64,000 nucleotides of DNA from a virus. How positions within the stretch are numbered: the stretch's first letter is position 1; each line of letters starts with the position of its first letter. Location: IMG/VR virus record IMGVR_UViG_3300021093_000045, positions 14,795-78,794 of that record. One strand, 5' to 3'. Both the position numbers and the translations under genes were made by a program. The notes under the pieces are model-generated. The model had not been told where the DNA came from. It saw only the letters and a list, made by a program, of their open reading frames with translations, and ran no database searches. This document shows, piece after piece, positions 10,785 through 22,000 of the stretch.

Positions 10785-12395
10785 ATGATTAAATTTTTTA
10801 AAAACGAAGATATTCTTGTAACGGCATTTTCTATAGCATCTCCTAAGGTTGTTAACAATATCGTTACAAATTTAATTGCCGGCAACGATAGCGATGACAA
10901 CTATTTTCCAATATCATTGTTAAATGATGAATGTGATTACAATGTTTCCGGTAGTTGTGCGACATCAGTAATTGACCAATCATATCTTGCTGAATCACAA
11001 TATAGCGGTGTTATTCCAAATTTTGAAATTGGCAAGTACATAACAGCTAGTGCGGTTTTTTATCCAAAAGAAAGTCAGTTTTATAATGTTAAAACGAATC
11101 CAACAAATTCCGTAGGCACTTATCAGGGTCAAGTTTATAATACAATCAAAAATATGTATTATAACTCTTATAACAATTCTTATAATATATTTGGATTTGA
11201 TGGTTATGATATTTCAAAAGCCAAATTAAATCTGACCAACGAATTTTCTTTATTTAGTTTTGCGCCGTCACAAGCGGGCGACAGAATAAAACCTGGATCA
11301 GTGCGAATTAATAACCAAAGTGGTGATATAATTGGTTATATAGTTGATGATAGTAATTATAACCTATTCCTATCTGGAAGTTATTTCATAGACTATTTTA
11401 GTTTTAATTCAAATAGTGATTTAATCACACAAGGATGTTGCGGTTTATCTAGCGTCATAAGTCCAACACCAGCTTATTGTAGTACGCCGGTACCTACACC
11501 AACACCAACGCCTACACCTACACCAACACCTACACCAACACCAACACCAACGCCTACACCAACACCAACGCCTACACCAACACCAACACCAACACCAACG
11601 CCAACACCAACACCAACGCCTACACCAACACCAACACCAACACCAACGCCAACGCCTACACCAACACCAACGCCTACACCAACACCAACGCCTACACCAA
11701 CACCAACGCCTACACCTACACCAACGCCTACACCTACACCAACGCCTACACCTACACCAACGCCTACACCAACGCCTACACCAACGCCTACACCTACACC
11801 AACACCAACTCCTACACCAACGCCTACACCTACACCAACGCCTACACCTACACCAACGCCTACACCTACACCAACGCCAACACCAACACCAACTCCTACA
11901 CCAAGTCCTGCTCCAACAAGTTTTGTTTTGGACATTCAATTAAGTAATGCAAATGGATGTTCCGATTCTTATATACAAACTACAATAAATCAATTTAATG
12001 GTGGGGATGGTGCTGCATTAGCAGAAAATATTGGAACACAAGCTTCAACTCCTACTTATGGTACTTTATATACAGGTCTTGCAGTTTCATCGTTTAATGT
12101 GACATTTTTGGATAATTGCGTTAATGATGTATATAATGGAAATAATACTTTAGCCGTCGAAGTAGAAAGAAATTCTTGTCAGTGGGAAGCCTATGGAGAT
12201 CCCGTTCAATATAGATGTAAAGGATCACCGGGAGCAGACCCATGTGAAGGATTATGTTGTACATTATATGAACCAGATGATGCTTTAAATCCTTTTAATT
12301 TAACTCTTTCCGCGTTAGCGTTTAAAATAAAATTGCTTTATAATGAGGATCCTTTAAGAGCTACTTATCCTGTGGTATTAACTGTTGGATATTAA
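10785..12395 (+). CDS. Virion protein: baseplate-type N-domain, (Pro-Thr)68 stalk and Cys-rich distal domain
   Basis: [19 protein letters not shown] parallels the 9657 protein; PT tract at 11493-11900; C-terminal domain has several Cys. Confidence 0.75.
   Translation: MIKFFKNEDILVTAFSIASPKVVNNIVTNLIAGNDSDDNYFPISLLNDECDYNVSGSCATSVIDQSYLAESQYSGVIPNFEIGKYITASAVFYPKESQFYNVKTNPTNSVGTYQGQVYNTIKNMYYNSYNNSYNIFGFDGYDISKAKLNLTNEFSLFSFAPSQAGDRIKPGSVRINNQSGDIIGYIVDDSNYNLFLSGSYFIDYFSFNSNSDLITQGCCGLSSVISPTPAYCSTPVPTPTPTPTPTPTPTPTPTPTPTPTPTPTPTPTPTPTPTPTPTPTPTPTPTPTPTPTPTPTPTPTPTPTPTPTPTPTPTPTPTPTPTPTPTPTPTPTPTPTPTPTPTPTPTPTPTPTPTPTPTPTPTPTPTPTPTPTPSPAPTSFVLDIQLSNANGCSDSYIQTTINQFNGGDGAALAENIGTQASTPTYGTLYTGLAVSSFNVTFLDNCVNDVYNGNNTLAVEVERNSCQWEAYGDPVQYRCKGSPGADPCEGLCCTLYEPDDALNPFNLTLSALAFKIKLLYNEDPLRATYPVVLTVGY
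11493..11900 (+). repeat. Coding hexanucleotide tandem repeat CCN-ACN encoding 68 Pro-Thr dipeptides
   Basis: 408 nt of cc(a/t)ac(a/g/t). Variation is confined to synonymous third positions. Confidence 0.95.
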
Positions 12396-12470
12396 TTGTT
12401 TTTAATATGATTACAATATGATGCAAATCCAGCAACTACTCATTTCGTTATCGAATTAAATGATAGTTAA
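12396..12470 (+). pseudogene. Degenerate alternative 3' end of the PT-stalk gene
   Basis: In frame after the stop it reads LFLI*LQYDANPATTHFVIELNDS*, which resembles the gene's own end [25 protein letters not shown]. Confidence 0.4.
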
Positions 12471-12509
12471 TTAAAAATAAAATTTATTGAGTTTTAATAC
12501 TATAATTTT

Positions 12510-13226
12510 ATGATACCAAAAATAATACATCAAACTGCACCTTATAAAAAAAGTCAATGGCATCCTGTTTGGAATATTTGTCTACCTACTTGGCAATTAC
12601 ACTTTCCTGATTTTGAACATAAAATCTGGACTGATTCTGATATAGATGAATTTGTTAAAACTAACTACCCACAGTATGTTGAATTATATAATTCATATCC
12701 ACATATTTTGTGTAAAATAGATTTTACTAGATTTTTAATATTACACAAATATGGCGGTATATTTTCTGATATGGATATATTTGTTGTTAAAAATTTTTAT
12801 GATGCTTTACAACCAAATGGTATAAGTATACTAGAATCTAACTACTTAAAAGACGGATTACAAAGTTGTTTCATGGTATCAGATAAAAATAATGACACCT
12901 GGATTGATGTAGTAAATGCTGCAAAAATTATTGCCGAAACTTCTACGTTAATAAACGATTTAAAACAAGCTCTTGCTGATCCTAAAAAATTCTCATCTGT
13001 AGGTAATATTATATTAAGTCTTACGTCGGATATTTTTTTAACAAAAATATCTGAGAAGTTTCATAAATTACCAAAATCTGTTTTTAATCCTGTACATAAC
13101 ACGGTTGAATGGTCTTCAAAAGATGTTTATATAAAACATGTTATGACTGGCAAATGGGCAGATGGATGTGATGCTGGTAAAATTGAATCGTATATACATT
13201 TAAAAGATAGAATAAAAGTTTTATGA
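12510..13226 (+). CDS. Glycosyltransferase, GT32 / DXD sugar-binding (OCH1-like) family
   Basis: MIPKIIHQT start, W..HFPDFEHKIWTD, DFTRFLILHKYGGIFSDMD (DXD). Confidence 0.88.
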   Translation: MIPKIIHQTAPYKKSQWHPVWNICLPTWQLHFPDFEHKIWTDSDIDEFVKTNYPQYVELYNSYPHILCKIDFTRFLILHKYGGIFSDMDIFVVKNFYDALQPNGISILESNYLKDGLQSCFMVSDKNNDTWIDVVNAAKIIAETSTLINDLKQALADPKKFSSVGNIILSLTSDIFLTKISEKFHKLPKSVFNPVHNTVEWSSKDVYIKHVMTGKWADGCDAGKIESYIHLKDRIKVL

Positions 13227-13771
13227 ATATAAATACAGAAATGTCTGTTGATTTTTTTAATGAATATGGGTTTGCTTATTTAGAAAACATCATTTCAGAA
13301 GATTTGTGTAATAAATTTACAAGTATAATGTTAGATTTAAAAGAAAAGAATAAATTAGCATTTGAAAATATATCAAATGCTGATATGTATAAAAATTCGT
13401 ATGGTCAGGGTGGAATTGCCGAGATGGAAGAGTTTCTTCAAAAATTGACACTTCCGATATCCGATGTACTGAGTTTGAAAATTAAACCATCAAATACATA
13501 CGCTAGAATATATTATAATGGAAGTACATTGAAGCCACATGTTGATAGACCAGGATTAGACTATACAATGTCGGTCACCTTGTTTTCCAATTTAAAAAGT
13601 GAATGGCCATTGATTGCGGTTGATAAATTGGGAAAAGAGATTAGATGTAACATTAATCGTAAAGATGGATTGTTGATACATGGTACTGAAATGAATCATT
13701 GGAGGGAAGATTTAACCTGTGCGGACGATGAGTATGTAATTCAAATGTTTTTACACTGGAGTAGAATTTAA
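13223..13771 (+). CDS. 2OG-Fe(II) oxygenase (phage type)
   Basis: YARIYYNGSTLKPHVDRP (HxD), distal HWRE, QMFLHW. Confidence 0.85.
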   Translation: MNINTEMSVDFFNEYGFAYLENIISEDLCNKFTSIMLDLKEKNKLAFENISNADMYKNSYGQGGIAEMEEFLQKLTLPISDVLSLKIKPSNTYARIYYNGSTLKPHVDRPGLDYTMSVTLFSNLKSEWPLIAVDKLGKEIRCNINRKDGLLIHGTEMNHWREDLTCADDEYVIQMFLHWSRI

Positions 13772-14592
13772 CGTTCTCTAAACCACTTTGTTATTATAAT
13801 TTTTTCTCCTTTTATTACAGGCATACCACAATGAAGCGAGTTGAAGTTTCCTGTATTATCCGATAGAATGTTTTTCCAAATTAAAGCGTCTCCTTTAGAT
13901 GGAAAGAATTCTTTATCAATCTTTGGAAATTTAGTACTACCACCTTCTTCCACATCGTTTAAATAAATCATAAATGTCCATGTGCGTTGACCTTTTGATT
14001 CTACATATTTCTTATTATACTCTTCGTTGAGATGAAAGTAATCTGTGTGGGGTTTGAATTCTTGACCAACAAGATATTTTTGTCCCTGCGGAACTTCACC
14101 TAGTTCTAGTGGTATTTGTATAAAGTCATGAATTTTTTGGTTTATATCACCAAAAAGTTTGTTGTTCAACATCATGTTGCATGTTGAACTTGTTCTTTCA
14201 TATTTGTTCGCATTTGGATTTGTGATGGTCGATGGTGCAAAATTGCTACCCAGTTCCTCTATTAAAGAATCACATTCTTGATTGGCTAAGAAGTTATAAA
14301 CTCGGTATATTTCTAAGTTGTTGGTTTCTATTCTAAATACCTTTGGGTTATCAGCCAAAGGTTTATATAGTATTCCCAAATCTACATCTTTGTCCATATT
14401 TAATGTGGACTGAGTAAGTCTACGATCTGTGATTTTTTTATTTTGGGGATATACATCCAGTTCTTTTTGGATTAGATCATATTGAAATCCGTGGTTCAAT
14501 AAAACATTGAAAACATCTTCCTTTGTCACTCCATTTGAAATAACGGTCCATATCCAAGCTTTCCAAGATGCATCAAATTGATCTAATATCAT
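13768..14592 (-). CDS. Prolyl 4-hydroxylase-like 2OG-Fe(II) oxygenase
   Basis: NFL..QECD, RTSST, Y..GQEFKPHTDYF, QRTWTFMIYLNDVEEGGSTKFP, SLHCGMPVIKGEK..ITKWFRE match the P4Hc catalytic pattern. Start reassigned to the ATG at 14592. Confidence 0.88.
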   Translation of the reverse strand: MILDQFDASWKAWIWTVISNGVTKEDVFNVLLNHGFQYDLIQKELDVYPQNKKITDRRLTQSTLNMDKDVDLGILYKPLADNPKVFRIETNNLEIYRVYNFLANQECDSLIEELGSNFAPSTITNPNANKYERTSSTCNMMLNNKLFGDINQKIHDFIQIPLELGEVPQGQKYLVGQEFKPHTDYFHLNEEYNKKYVESKGQRTWTFMIYLNDVEEGGSTKFPKIDKEFFPSKGDALIWKNILSDNTGNFNSLHCGMPVIKGEKIIITKWFRER

Positions 14593-14663
14593 ATGTATAG
14601 TATATTTAAAAATATATATAGATAAAACCAATTATAGTTGGTTACCTTAAATATTTATATTAC

Positions 14664-14729
14664 GATGTCGAGTTTAGTATTAATTTGTGATCTAAAAGAG
14701 AACATTCTAGAGAATGTCTTTAATTTATG
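14664..14729 (+). CDS. Possible 21-aa micro-ORF (MSSLVLICDLKENILENVFNL)
   Basis: ATG 5 nt after a TATTTAT element; its stop overlaps the start of the next gene. Confidence 0.3.
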
Positions 14730-17210
14730 AGTCTTACGAACATATATAACGAAAGATATGGAACATCCGTGGCTACAAATGATAACTATGTAGCTGTTGG
14801 AAATCCGCCTACCCATGATTATAATCTAGCCGAAGGATTTTATAGACATGGTGAGGTAGTTTTAATTAAAAAAAATAACTTCAATTCAAACTATTCAGCC
14901 TCATTTAGTTTTACTAAAAGTTTGCATGGCAAAACTATCAATAGTACTAGATTTGGTGAATCTATAGATTTATCGGACTATTTTTTGGCAATAGGTAATA
15001 GCGTACTTTCTGCTAGCGTAACATCTGGTAATTGTAATTGTGTTACGATAACAGGATCTTATGTTGACGTTTATATAATTGATTCAAACTATAATATTAT
15101 AAATGGTAGTTTAATAAACGACGAAACATGTGCAGTTGAAAATTTAAATACTCAAATATACACTAATACTCCATTTATTACATTAACGGGATCAAATTCG
15201 TTTGGTACGTCCGTTAGTATAACAAACAAATACTTAGCGGTTGGGTCTCCTAAAGAAAACAATGGCCGTGGTAAGGTTTATGTATACCAATTTTCAGCTT
15301 CTAAATATAAGTTGGAAGCGACTCTAACTCCAAATGTTACTCAATTTCCATCTCAATATGGATTTGGATATTCAGTATCTATTGACAAAAAATACCAAGA
15401 CAAAATTGTGATTGGAAGTAATCAGTTATCACATTCAAATGTATATTTGTATCAATCATCATCTGGTGGTTGGGGATTAAAACAATATTTCTCACAAGTT
15501 ACCGGATCACTTTCTGTTGAGAATAGTTTATTTAATTGGTACCCAGTATCTCTCAAAAATTCAAATTATGGTCGCTCAGTTTCAATACACGACAGAATAA
15601 TTGTTGTTGGAGCTCCTAATGATTTAGTTTATTATGAATATTCTGGATCTACAATTCAAAGACAAAGAGGTGCTTTTTATGTATATTCAACTGATCTATG
15701 TAATTCAACGCCATCAGGTAGTTATTTGTTATTAACAAAACTATATGGTGATGAAAATACATTTAAAGATAACTTTTTGGGTTATTCAGTATCCACGAAT
15801 AATAACAATATAATTGTTGGATCACCAAAAAGGTATTTTCCATTTTCATCAGTGTTCTTATCATCATCTTTAAATTTTTACAAAAATATAGCTAATGAAA
15901 ATGACTTTGGTGCATCAACGTTTTTAGGACAAGTTTTATACTACCAAGTTACAGGATCCAAGATTATAAAGATGACTAGTTATCCTATCTCAAAAAGAAA
16001 AGAAAGTGAAAATAGTCCATTCTCTGCATATGGAGCTGCTGTTTCTATATATGGAAATAATATAGCAGTTGGTTCTCCTATACCATTACTAAGAGATTAT
16101 TATTTGGATGTTCCATATATAACCGAATCCGGTAGTATATCAGACCCAAATTATGTACTTACATCATCTTATTATGAAGAAGGATGTGATGTAACTTCAA
16201 GTGTTGTATATTTTCAAATAGAACAATCAGTTACAACATGCGCTGGAAATCCCATATATGTAGCATTGTGTGAGGAAACCACACCCTATACCACTATTGA
16301 AGGTAATGCTTATGTTTATAATTTGAGCGATCTTCAAACTAATTTTAACGTAGGTAATGTATTTTATAATAATAATAGAGTTGTTATAAATAACACTGGT
16401 AGTGGTTTAAATTTGATTGGTAGAAATGCAATTGATACAAACCTGCCTTTTATCTACATGGATTACGAAAGTTTGGTTCAATTGCATGAAAAACAATATA
16501 TTTGTACGTTAGAACCTGGAGAATTTAATATTTCGACTAATCCAACTGCTATAACTGGAAGTCTTATAAATTATGGAATTGTTGATAAAGTTGCCTTTGA
16601 TTTTAATAATTTAGATTTAATCCTTAGATATATAAACTACAATATTACATCGCCCAGAAGTGAAGAGTGGTGGACGAATATGGTGTCGGGGGATACCGAA
16701 ATTAGTATATTGTCATTTTATTCAGCTTCATATGATATAAACAATCCATTTACAATTGGTGCGGGCATATTACCAGGATCAAAATATCAAGAAAATAGAT
16801 TAACATATCCGTTGAAGTGTGTTTTGGCAACTAAGAATTTTGATGTTAATGGCGATGGTAAAGTTGATTTCCAAGATGGTATTGCAATATGGAAATACTT
16901 TATTAATAATCTAACTTATCAGAATTACAAGAATTATATAAATCCAACTAGTAGGAGAAATACATACGATGGTTTAATTAAGTTTTTAGATACCAATACT
17001 GGTAAAGGTAATAAGAATTATATTAAACCAGAATTTTTTGAGTTCTCATATAGTTCTTCAATAGATCCAACAGGATCTTATTTGGCTCCTTATATAACAC
17101 AAGTAGGTTTGTATAATGGTGCTGATTTAGTAGCTATTGCTAAACTCGCTCAGCCAATTAAAAATTCTGGACAATTACCTATTAATATTGCTGTTAAATG
17201 GGATACTTAA
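14727..17210 (+). CDS. Virion protein: FG-GAP-repeat beta-propeller, EF-hand/dockerin-like loop and tail-collar C-terminus
   Basis: Repeated (F/Y)G.SV.I....(L/I)(A/V)VG(S/A)P blades, FDVNGDGKVDFQDG, and C-terminal PYITQVGLYNGADLVAIAKLAQPIK. Confidence 0.78.
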   Translation: MSLTNIYNERYGTSVATNDNYVAVGNPPTHDYNLAEGFYRHGEVVLIKKNNFNSNYSASFSFTKSLHGKTINSTRFGESIDLSDYFLAIGNSVLSASVTSGNCNCVTITGSYVDVYIIDSNYNIINGSLINDETCAVENLNTQIYTNTPFITLTGSNSFGTSVSITNKYLAVGSPKENNGRGKVYVYQFSASKYKLEATLTPNVTQFPSQYGFGYSVSIDKKYQDKIVIGSNQLSHSNVYLYQSSSGGWGLKQYFSQVTGSLSVENSLFNWYPVSLKNSNYGRSVSIHDRIIVVGAPNDLVYYEYSGSTIQRQRGAFYVYSTDLCNSTPSGSYLLLTKLYGDENTFKDNFLGYSVSTNNNNIIVGSPKRYFPFSSVFLSSSLNFYKNIANENDFGASTFLGQVLYYQVTGSKIIKMTSYPISKRKESENSPFSAYGAAVSIYGNNIAVGSPIPLLRDYYLDVPYITESGSISDPNYVLTSSYYEEGCDVTSSVVYFQIEQSVTTCAGNPIYVALCEETTPYTTIEGNAYVYNLSDLQTNFNVGNVFYNNNRVVINNTGSGLNLIGRNAIDTNLPFIYMDYESLVQLHEKQYICTLEPGEFNISTNPTAITGSLINYGIVDKVAFDFNNLDLILRYINYNITSPRSEEWWTNMVSGDTEISILSFYSASYDINNPFTIGAGILPGSKYQENRLTYPLKCVLATKNFDVNGDGKVDFQDGIAIWKYFINNLTYQNYKNYINPTSRRNTYDGLIKFLDTNTGKGNKNYIKPEFFEFSYSSSIDPTGSYLAPYITQVGLYNGADLVAIAKLAQPIKNSGQLPINIAVKWDT

Positions 17211-17242
17211 CAATATTTATTATTATAATAAGGACATAACAT

Positions 17243-17557
17243 ATGGCAACATCATCTGATAGTAAGACAATTGATCGTGAATCCAACAAAATTAGCTTGG
17301 CTGATAGATATAGTACCCAAAAGGCTGGTGGTGCGTTTAATGTAAAGCAAAATGTTAAGACCGATGGATCCAATGAAATTTCTTTGGGAGGTAGTACATT
17401 TGATACAAAATACACCACGACTAAAGGTTTTAAAATTAAAATGGCCCAAGGTAAGACAGAATTTAAAGATGCTAGCGGAGAAAAATCATTACAACAATCT
17501 ATTTATTTAAAAGGCTTTACAAACACAAAATATGGTAATGCTCAGATAAATCGTTGA
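17243..17557 (+). CDS. Small hypothetical protein
   Basis: 104 aa ORF with AAGGA Shine-Dalgarno and an upstream TATTTAT element. Confidence 0.6.
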   Translation: MATSSDSKTIDRESNKISLADRYSTQKAGGAFNVKQNVKTDGSNEISLGGSTFDTKYTTTKGFKIKMAQGKTEFKDASGEKSLQQSIYLKGFTNTKYGNAQINR

Positions 17558-17569
17558 TATGTATTGTAA

Positions 17570-18082
17570 ATGGTTATATTAGGATTAGATTCATCTACAT
17601 CCGTTACAGGATGGGCATTTAGTGATAATTGCGTTATTATTGATGCTGGTTTTATTGATACAAAAAAGTTTGAAACCACAAAAGAAAAGACATATCACGT
17701 AATAAGTGTATTAGAGAAGAATAAGTTAATAAAATCTGTTGAATATATTAACTTAGAAGCAGCTCTTAGTGGATATGCCGGCGGATTCACCAGTCAACAA
17801 ACAATCATAACTTTAGCTAGACATAACGCCGTTTTTGCGTATATAATTGAACAACACTTCAAGTTAAAAGTAAATCTTCTTTCTGTTAATACTATGCGTA
17901 AACAATTGTTTGGTAAATGTAGAATCAAGGGAGTTAAATCTAAAGATTTTGTCAAAGTGGAATTGGAACGACTTATTCCAGATATTACAAAATTTGTAAT
18001 GTTAAATAAAAAGGGCAACTGGGATGAGAAAAATGGTGACATGTATGATAGCATCGTTTGCGCTCTATATAAAAAAACTTGA
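17570..18082 (+). CDS. RuvC-like Holliday junction resolvase
   Basis: ILGLDSSTSVTGWA, INLE, and C-terminal DMYDSIVCA supply the RuvC acidic residues. Confidence 0.82.
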   Translation: MVILGLDSSTSVTGWAFSDNCVIIDAGFIDTKKFETTKEKTYHVISVLEKNKLIKSVEYINLEAALSGYAGGFTSQQTIITLARHNAVFAYIIEQHFKLKVNLLSVNTMRKQLFGKCRIKGVKSKDFVKVELERLIPDITKFVMLNKKGNWDEKNGDMYDSIVCALYKKT

Positions 18083-18120
18083 AGTTTGAAAAATAAATCA
18101 TATCATTCGAATGACGTGTT

Positions 18121-19035
18121 ATGATAGAAATTTCGGTAATAGATACACTTACAAAGTTATTTAAGCATAAACCATCAATTCAAAAGGGTGGTAACGAAGT
18201 ATTATTTTTCTGTCCTAATTGTAAACACTATAAAAGAAAGTTAAATATCAATACCAATACTGGTTTTTATCACTGTTGGGTCTGTAATTTTAGTGGTAAG
18301 AGTTTTGGCACTCTTCTAAAAAAGATTGGAGCACCAAAAGAATATTTTGATCTTCTCTGTAAACATAAAATCAAGATTGACCTCAACAAAAAGTCAGAGA
18401 TTAAATTAATGTTACCAGATGGGTTTAAACCTTTATACAAACCAAGCGATAATATTGAGTATAAACACGCATTATCTTATTGCTTCAAACGTGGTTTATC
18501 TATCTATGAAATCGTAAGATACAATATTGGATATTGTACTTCTGGTGAATTTAGAAATAGAATTATTGTACCATCTTATGATGCATATGGCAATTTAAAT
18601 TTTTATTGTGGTAGAGATTTTTGTGATGGAAGGATGAAATATCGATTATGTGAATCGACAAAAGATATTGTCGGATTTGAATTGTTTACAGATTTCAGTA
18701 AACCAATCACTTTAGTAGAAGGTGTGTTTGATGCGTTTGCAGTCAAATACAACGTGGTACCATTGTTTGGCAAGACTTTATCCAATAAGTTAAAAATGAA
18801 ATTACTTACTAATAAACCACCAAGGGTAAATGTATTGCTGGACAATGATGCTTTAAACTCAAGTTTCAGAATATGTGAATTTTTAATTCAAAATAATATA
18901 AACACATATTTGGTTAGATTAGACGAAAAAGATCCAAATGAAATTGGCCATAAAAAAACTTGGAAAATAATCGATAGCTGTGATAAACTAACAGAGAGTG
19001 ACTTTTATAGCTTAAAGATCAAAAATATATTATGA
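18121..19035 (+). CDS. DNA primase (Zn finger + TOPRIM)
   Basis: CPNC...HCWVC zinc finger, FRNRIIVP, TLVEGVFDA, LLDNDA, KDPNE. Confidence 0.9.
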   Translation: MIEISVIDTLTKLFKHKPSIQKGGNEVLFFCPNCKHYKRKLNINTNTGFYHCWVCNFSGKSFGTLLKKIGAPKEYFDLLCKHKIKIDLNKKSEIKLMLPDGFKPLYKPSDNIEYKHALSYCFKRGLSIYEIVRYNIGYCTSGEFRNRIIVPSYDAYGNLNFYCGRDFCDGRMKYRLCESTKDIVGFELFTDFSKPITLVEGVFDAFAVKYNVVPLFGKTLSNKLKMKLLTNKPPRVNVLLDNDALNSSFRICEFLIQNNINTYLVRLDEKDPNEIGHKKTWKIIDSCDKLTESDFYSLKIKNIL

Positions 19036-22000
19036 TAGTATTAAAAAACACAGATCAAAAAGTAGATAATATAGTGCATATTGCAGATATTCATATTCGC
19101 TTAACTAAGCGGCACGAAGAATATACTTCTGTTTTTGAAAAATTTTATTTATCTCTTGACAAACTTAATAGTGTTGCAAAACCTGTGTTGGTTATTGCTG
19201 GCGATGTATTTCATAATAAATCAGATTTGAGTCCAGAATGTGTTAAAATTGGAAGTGACTTTCTAAAGTACTGCGCAGATCGTGTTCCAACGATTTTAAC
19301 CGCTGGAAATCACGATGCTACATTAGCAAATAAATCACGTTTGGATTGTTTGACTCCAATCGTAGAAGCACTTAATCATGATAATCTATATTATCTAAAA
19401 AACACAGACATATATCGTTATGAAAACATTCTATTTAATAACTTTAGTGTGTTTGATGATGTCGAGAAGTATATAAAGTATCAAAATATTCCAACAAAAC
19501 ATAAGAATGAAACAGATCATCATATAGCTTTGTTTCATGGACCAGTAAATAACGCTATAACTGACGTTGGGTATACTGTTAGTAGTAGATCTATAACCAA
19601 TCAACTATTTGATGGTCATCATATTGCAATGTTGGGTGATATCCACAAACATCAAATTCTACAAGAGTATGATGAAATGGAAATTAAACCGCTTATAGTA
19701 TATGCTGGATCTATGATTCAACAGAATCATGGTGAAGACATTAAAGGACATGGGTTTTTATTGTGGGATTTGAAACGTAGAGTGTTTAAACATTATGATT
19801 TACAAAACAATTACGGATTTTATACCATTGAAATTAACAAGGGTAAGTTAGTAACTGATATCAGTGATATTCCAAAGAAGGCTAGAATTAGAACCTTGTG
19901 TTATGAATCGATTCCATCACAAGTTAAAGAGGTCATGAATGACTTGAAGGAAAAGTGTGACATCATTGAAAGTACCTTTATTAGAAAAGATGATCAGATA
20001 ATGGATATGACCTTAAAGTCAGGTCAAATATTTGATATTCATAACATCTTTAATGTAGATTATCAAAACAAACTTATTGAAGATAATCTTATCGCAAAGA
20101 AAATTGATAAGAATTTGATTGAAAAAATAAAATCACTAAATAAATCTCTTAATGGTGAAATTTCAAAGGATAAGACTCCAAAAAATATTCGATGGAAACC
20201 AAAGACTTTTGAATTTGATAATATGTTTAGTTATGGTGAAAACAATTATATTGATTTTACCAAGCTTAAGGGTGCAATTGGGTTATTTGCACCAAACGCG
20301 AGTGGTAAATCTAGCATCATGGATGCTCTAGCATTTTGTGTGTTTGATAAATTCAGTAAGGGATTTAAAGCAAGTCATGTATTGAACACCCAGAAAATGG
20401 GTTTCAAGTGTAAATTTAATTTTGAGGTAAATGGCGTTGATTATTATATTGAACGTGAAGGTAAGGCTGATAAAAAAGGTACCATAAAAGTCGATGTTAA
20501 GTTTTATAAGAAAGAGAATGGAACAGAAGTGCCTCTAAATGGAGAAGCTCGTCGTAGTACAAATGATATTATACGTGATTATGTTGGCACATATGACGAT
20601 TTTATTCTAACAGTATTAAGTATTCAAAATAGTAAGGCTGGATCGTTTATTGATCTTGGACAGACTGAACGTAAAGATTTGTTGTGCCAATTCATGGGAT
20701 TGACTATCTTTGATCAGCTATATACAATCGCTAATGATCGTTTCAAAGAGACCAATACACTTCTAAAAAATATTAGCAAGGACCAACTTGTAGAGTCTCT
20801 ACAAAGCATATCTGGAAGTATTGATTCAAATAATAAACTTATTGAACAATATAATATTAATATTAAGGATTTGGATCAAAAACGAGAAGAATCTAATAAC
20901 AAATTACTAGAGTTATCTAATAATGTCATTAAAACTACATCATTTGATTTTGATATAGTAGAACTTGAATCAGAAAAGTCCGCATTAGACAATAAGATTT
21001 CAACATCTGAATCAGATATTGCAGAAAAGAAAAACAAATTATCAGATGTTGAAAGTAATTTGTCAATATTAACTTCTTCTTTAAAGAGTTGCGATAATAT
21101 AGAATCTGATTATGATCAATATAAAATTTTAAAGGATACGGAATCTAAAAAGTCAGCTGAAATTGATAAACTCAAGTTGATTGTAAAAAATAAAATTGAT
21201 AAATTGAAGAAACTTGAAGATCACAAATACGATCCTAATTGTATTTATTGCGTAAACAATGTTTTTGTAAAAGATGCTATTAAAACTAAGGAAGAGATTG
21301 AACTTGATAAGAATAAGGGTAAAACTTTAGTTGATGAATATAATAACATTAAGACAAAAATGGATTCATTTGGAGATATTGATATTCGTTATAAAGAATG
21401 TCAAAAACTCAATAATGAAAAAATCAAACTAGAAAAAAGCAAAGAAGTATTGTCTACCTCGATATTGAGAGATGAAAATTTGACGATTATGTTGAAAAAT
21501 AATTTAAAAGAAGTCAATCAAAAAATTGAAACCTTTTACAAAAATAAAGATATTATTGAAAACAATAGTAAATTGGTCACGGAAATCGAATCAGTAAAGT
21601 TGTTGGTTAAAAATTATGAATCTCAGATTAAAACATTAAATAACAAATTATTTACTACATCTGGAGAAAAGGGTAGATTAGAACTACAATATAAAAATAC
21701 AACCGACCAGTTCTACAAGGTAAAAGAACTAGAAGATTCTTATGAAGCTTATAAATTCTATACCAATATTATCAGTCGTGATGGTATTCCATATGAAATT
21801 ATTACCAAGACTCTACCTGAAATTGAGAAGGAAGTTAATAATATTCTTCATCAGTTAGTAGAATTTAGTGTATCATTGCAAACTGATGGTAAAAATATTA
21901 GTACCAATATCGTTTATGATGATAGACAATGGCCTCTTGAAATGGCAAGTGGTATGGAAAAATTTGTAAGTGGACTTGCAATCAGAGTAGCTTTGATTAA

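Noticed and set aside
11445-11939. Minus-strand (GV)n and Cys/Trp/Arg-rich ORFs
   Set aside because: Antisense shadows of the PT repeat; synonymous variation fits the plus-strand frame.
12320-12470. Diversity-generating retroelement VR/TR pair
   Set aside because: No reverse transcriptase in the window, and the duplicated ends do not differ specifically at adenines.
12510-14592. Eukaryotic giant-virus origin suggested by P4H and GT32
   Set aside because: T4-like capsid, portal, sheath and terminase, sigma70 promoters and SD sites show a bacteriophage.
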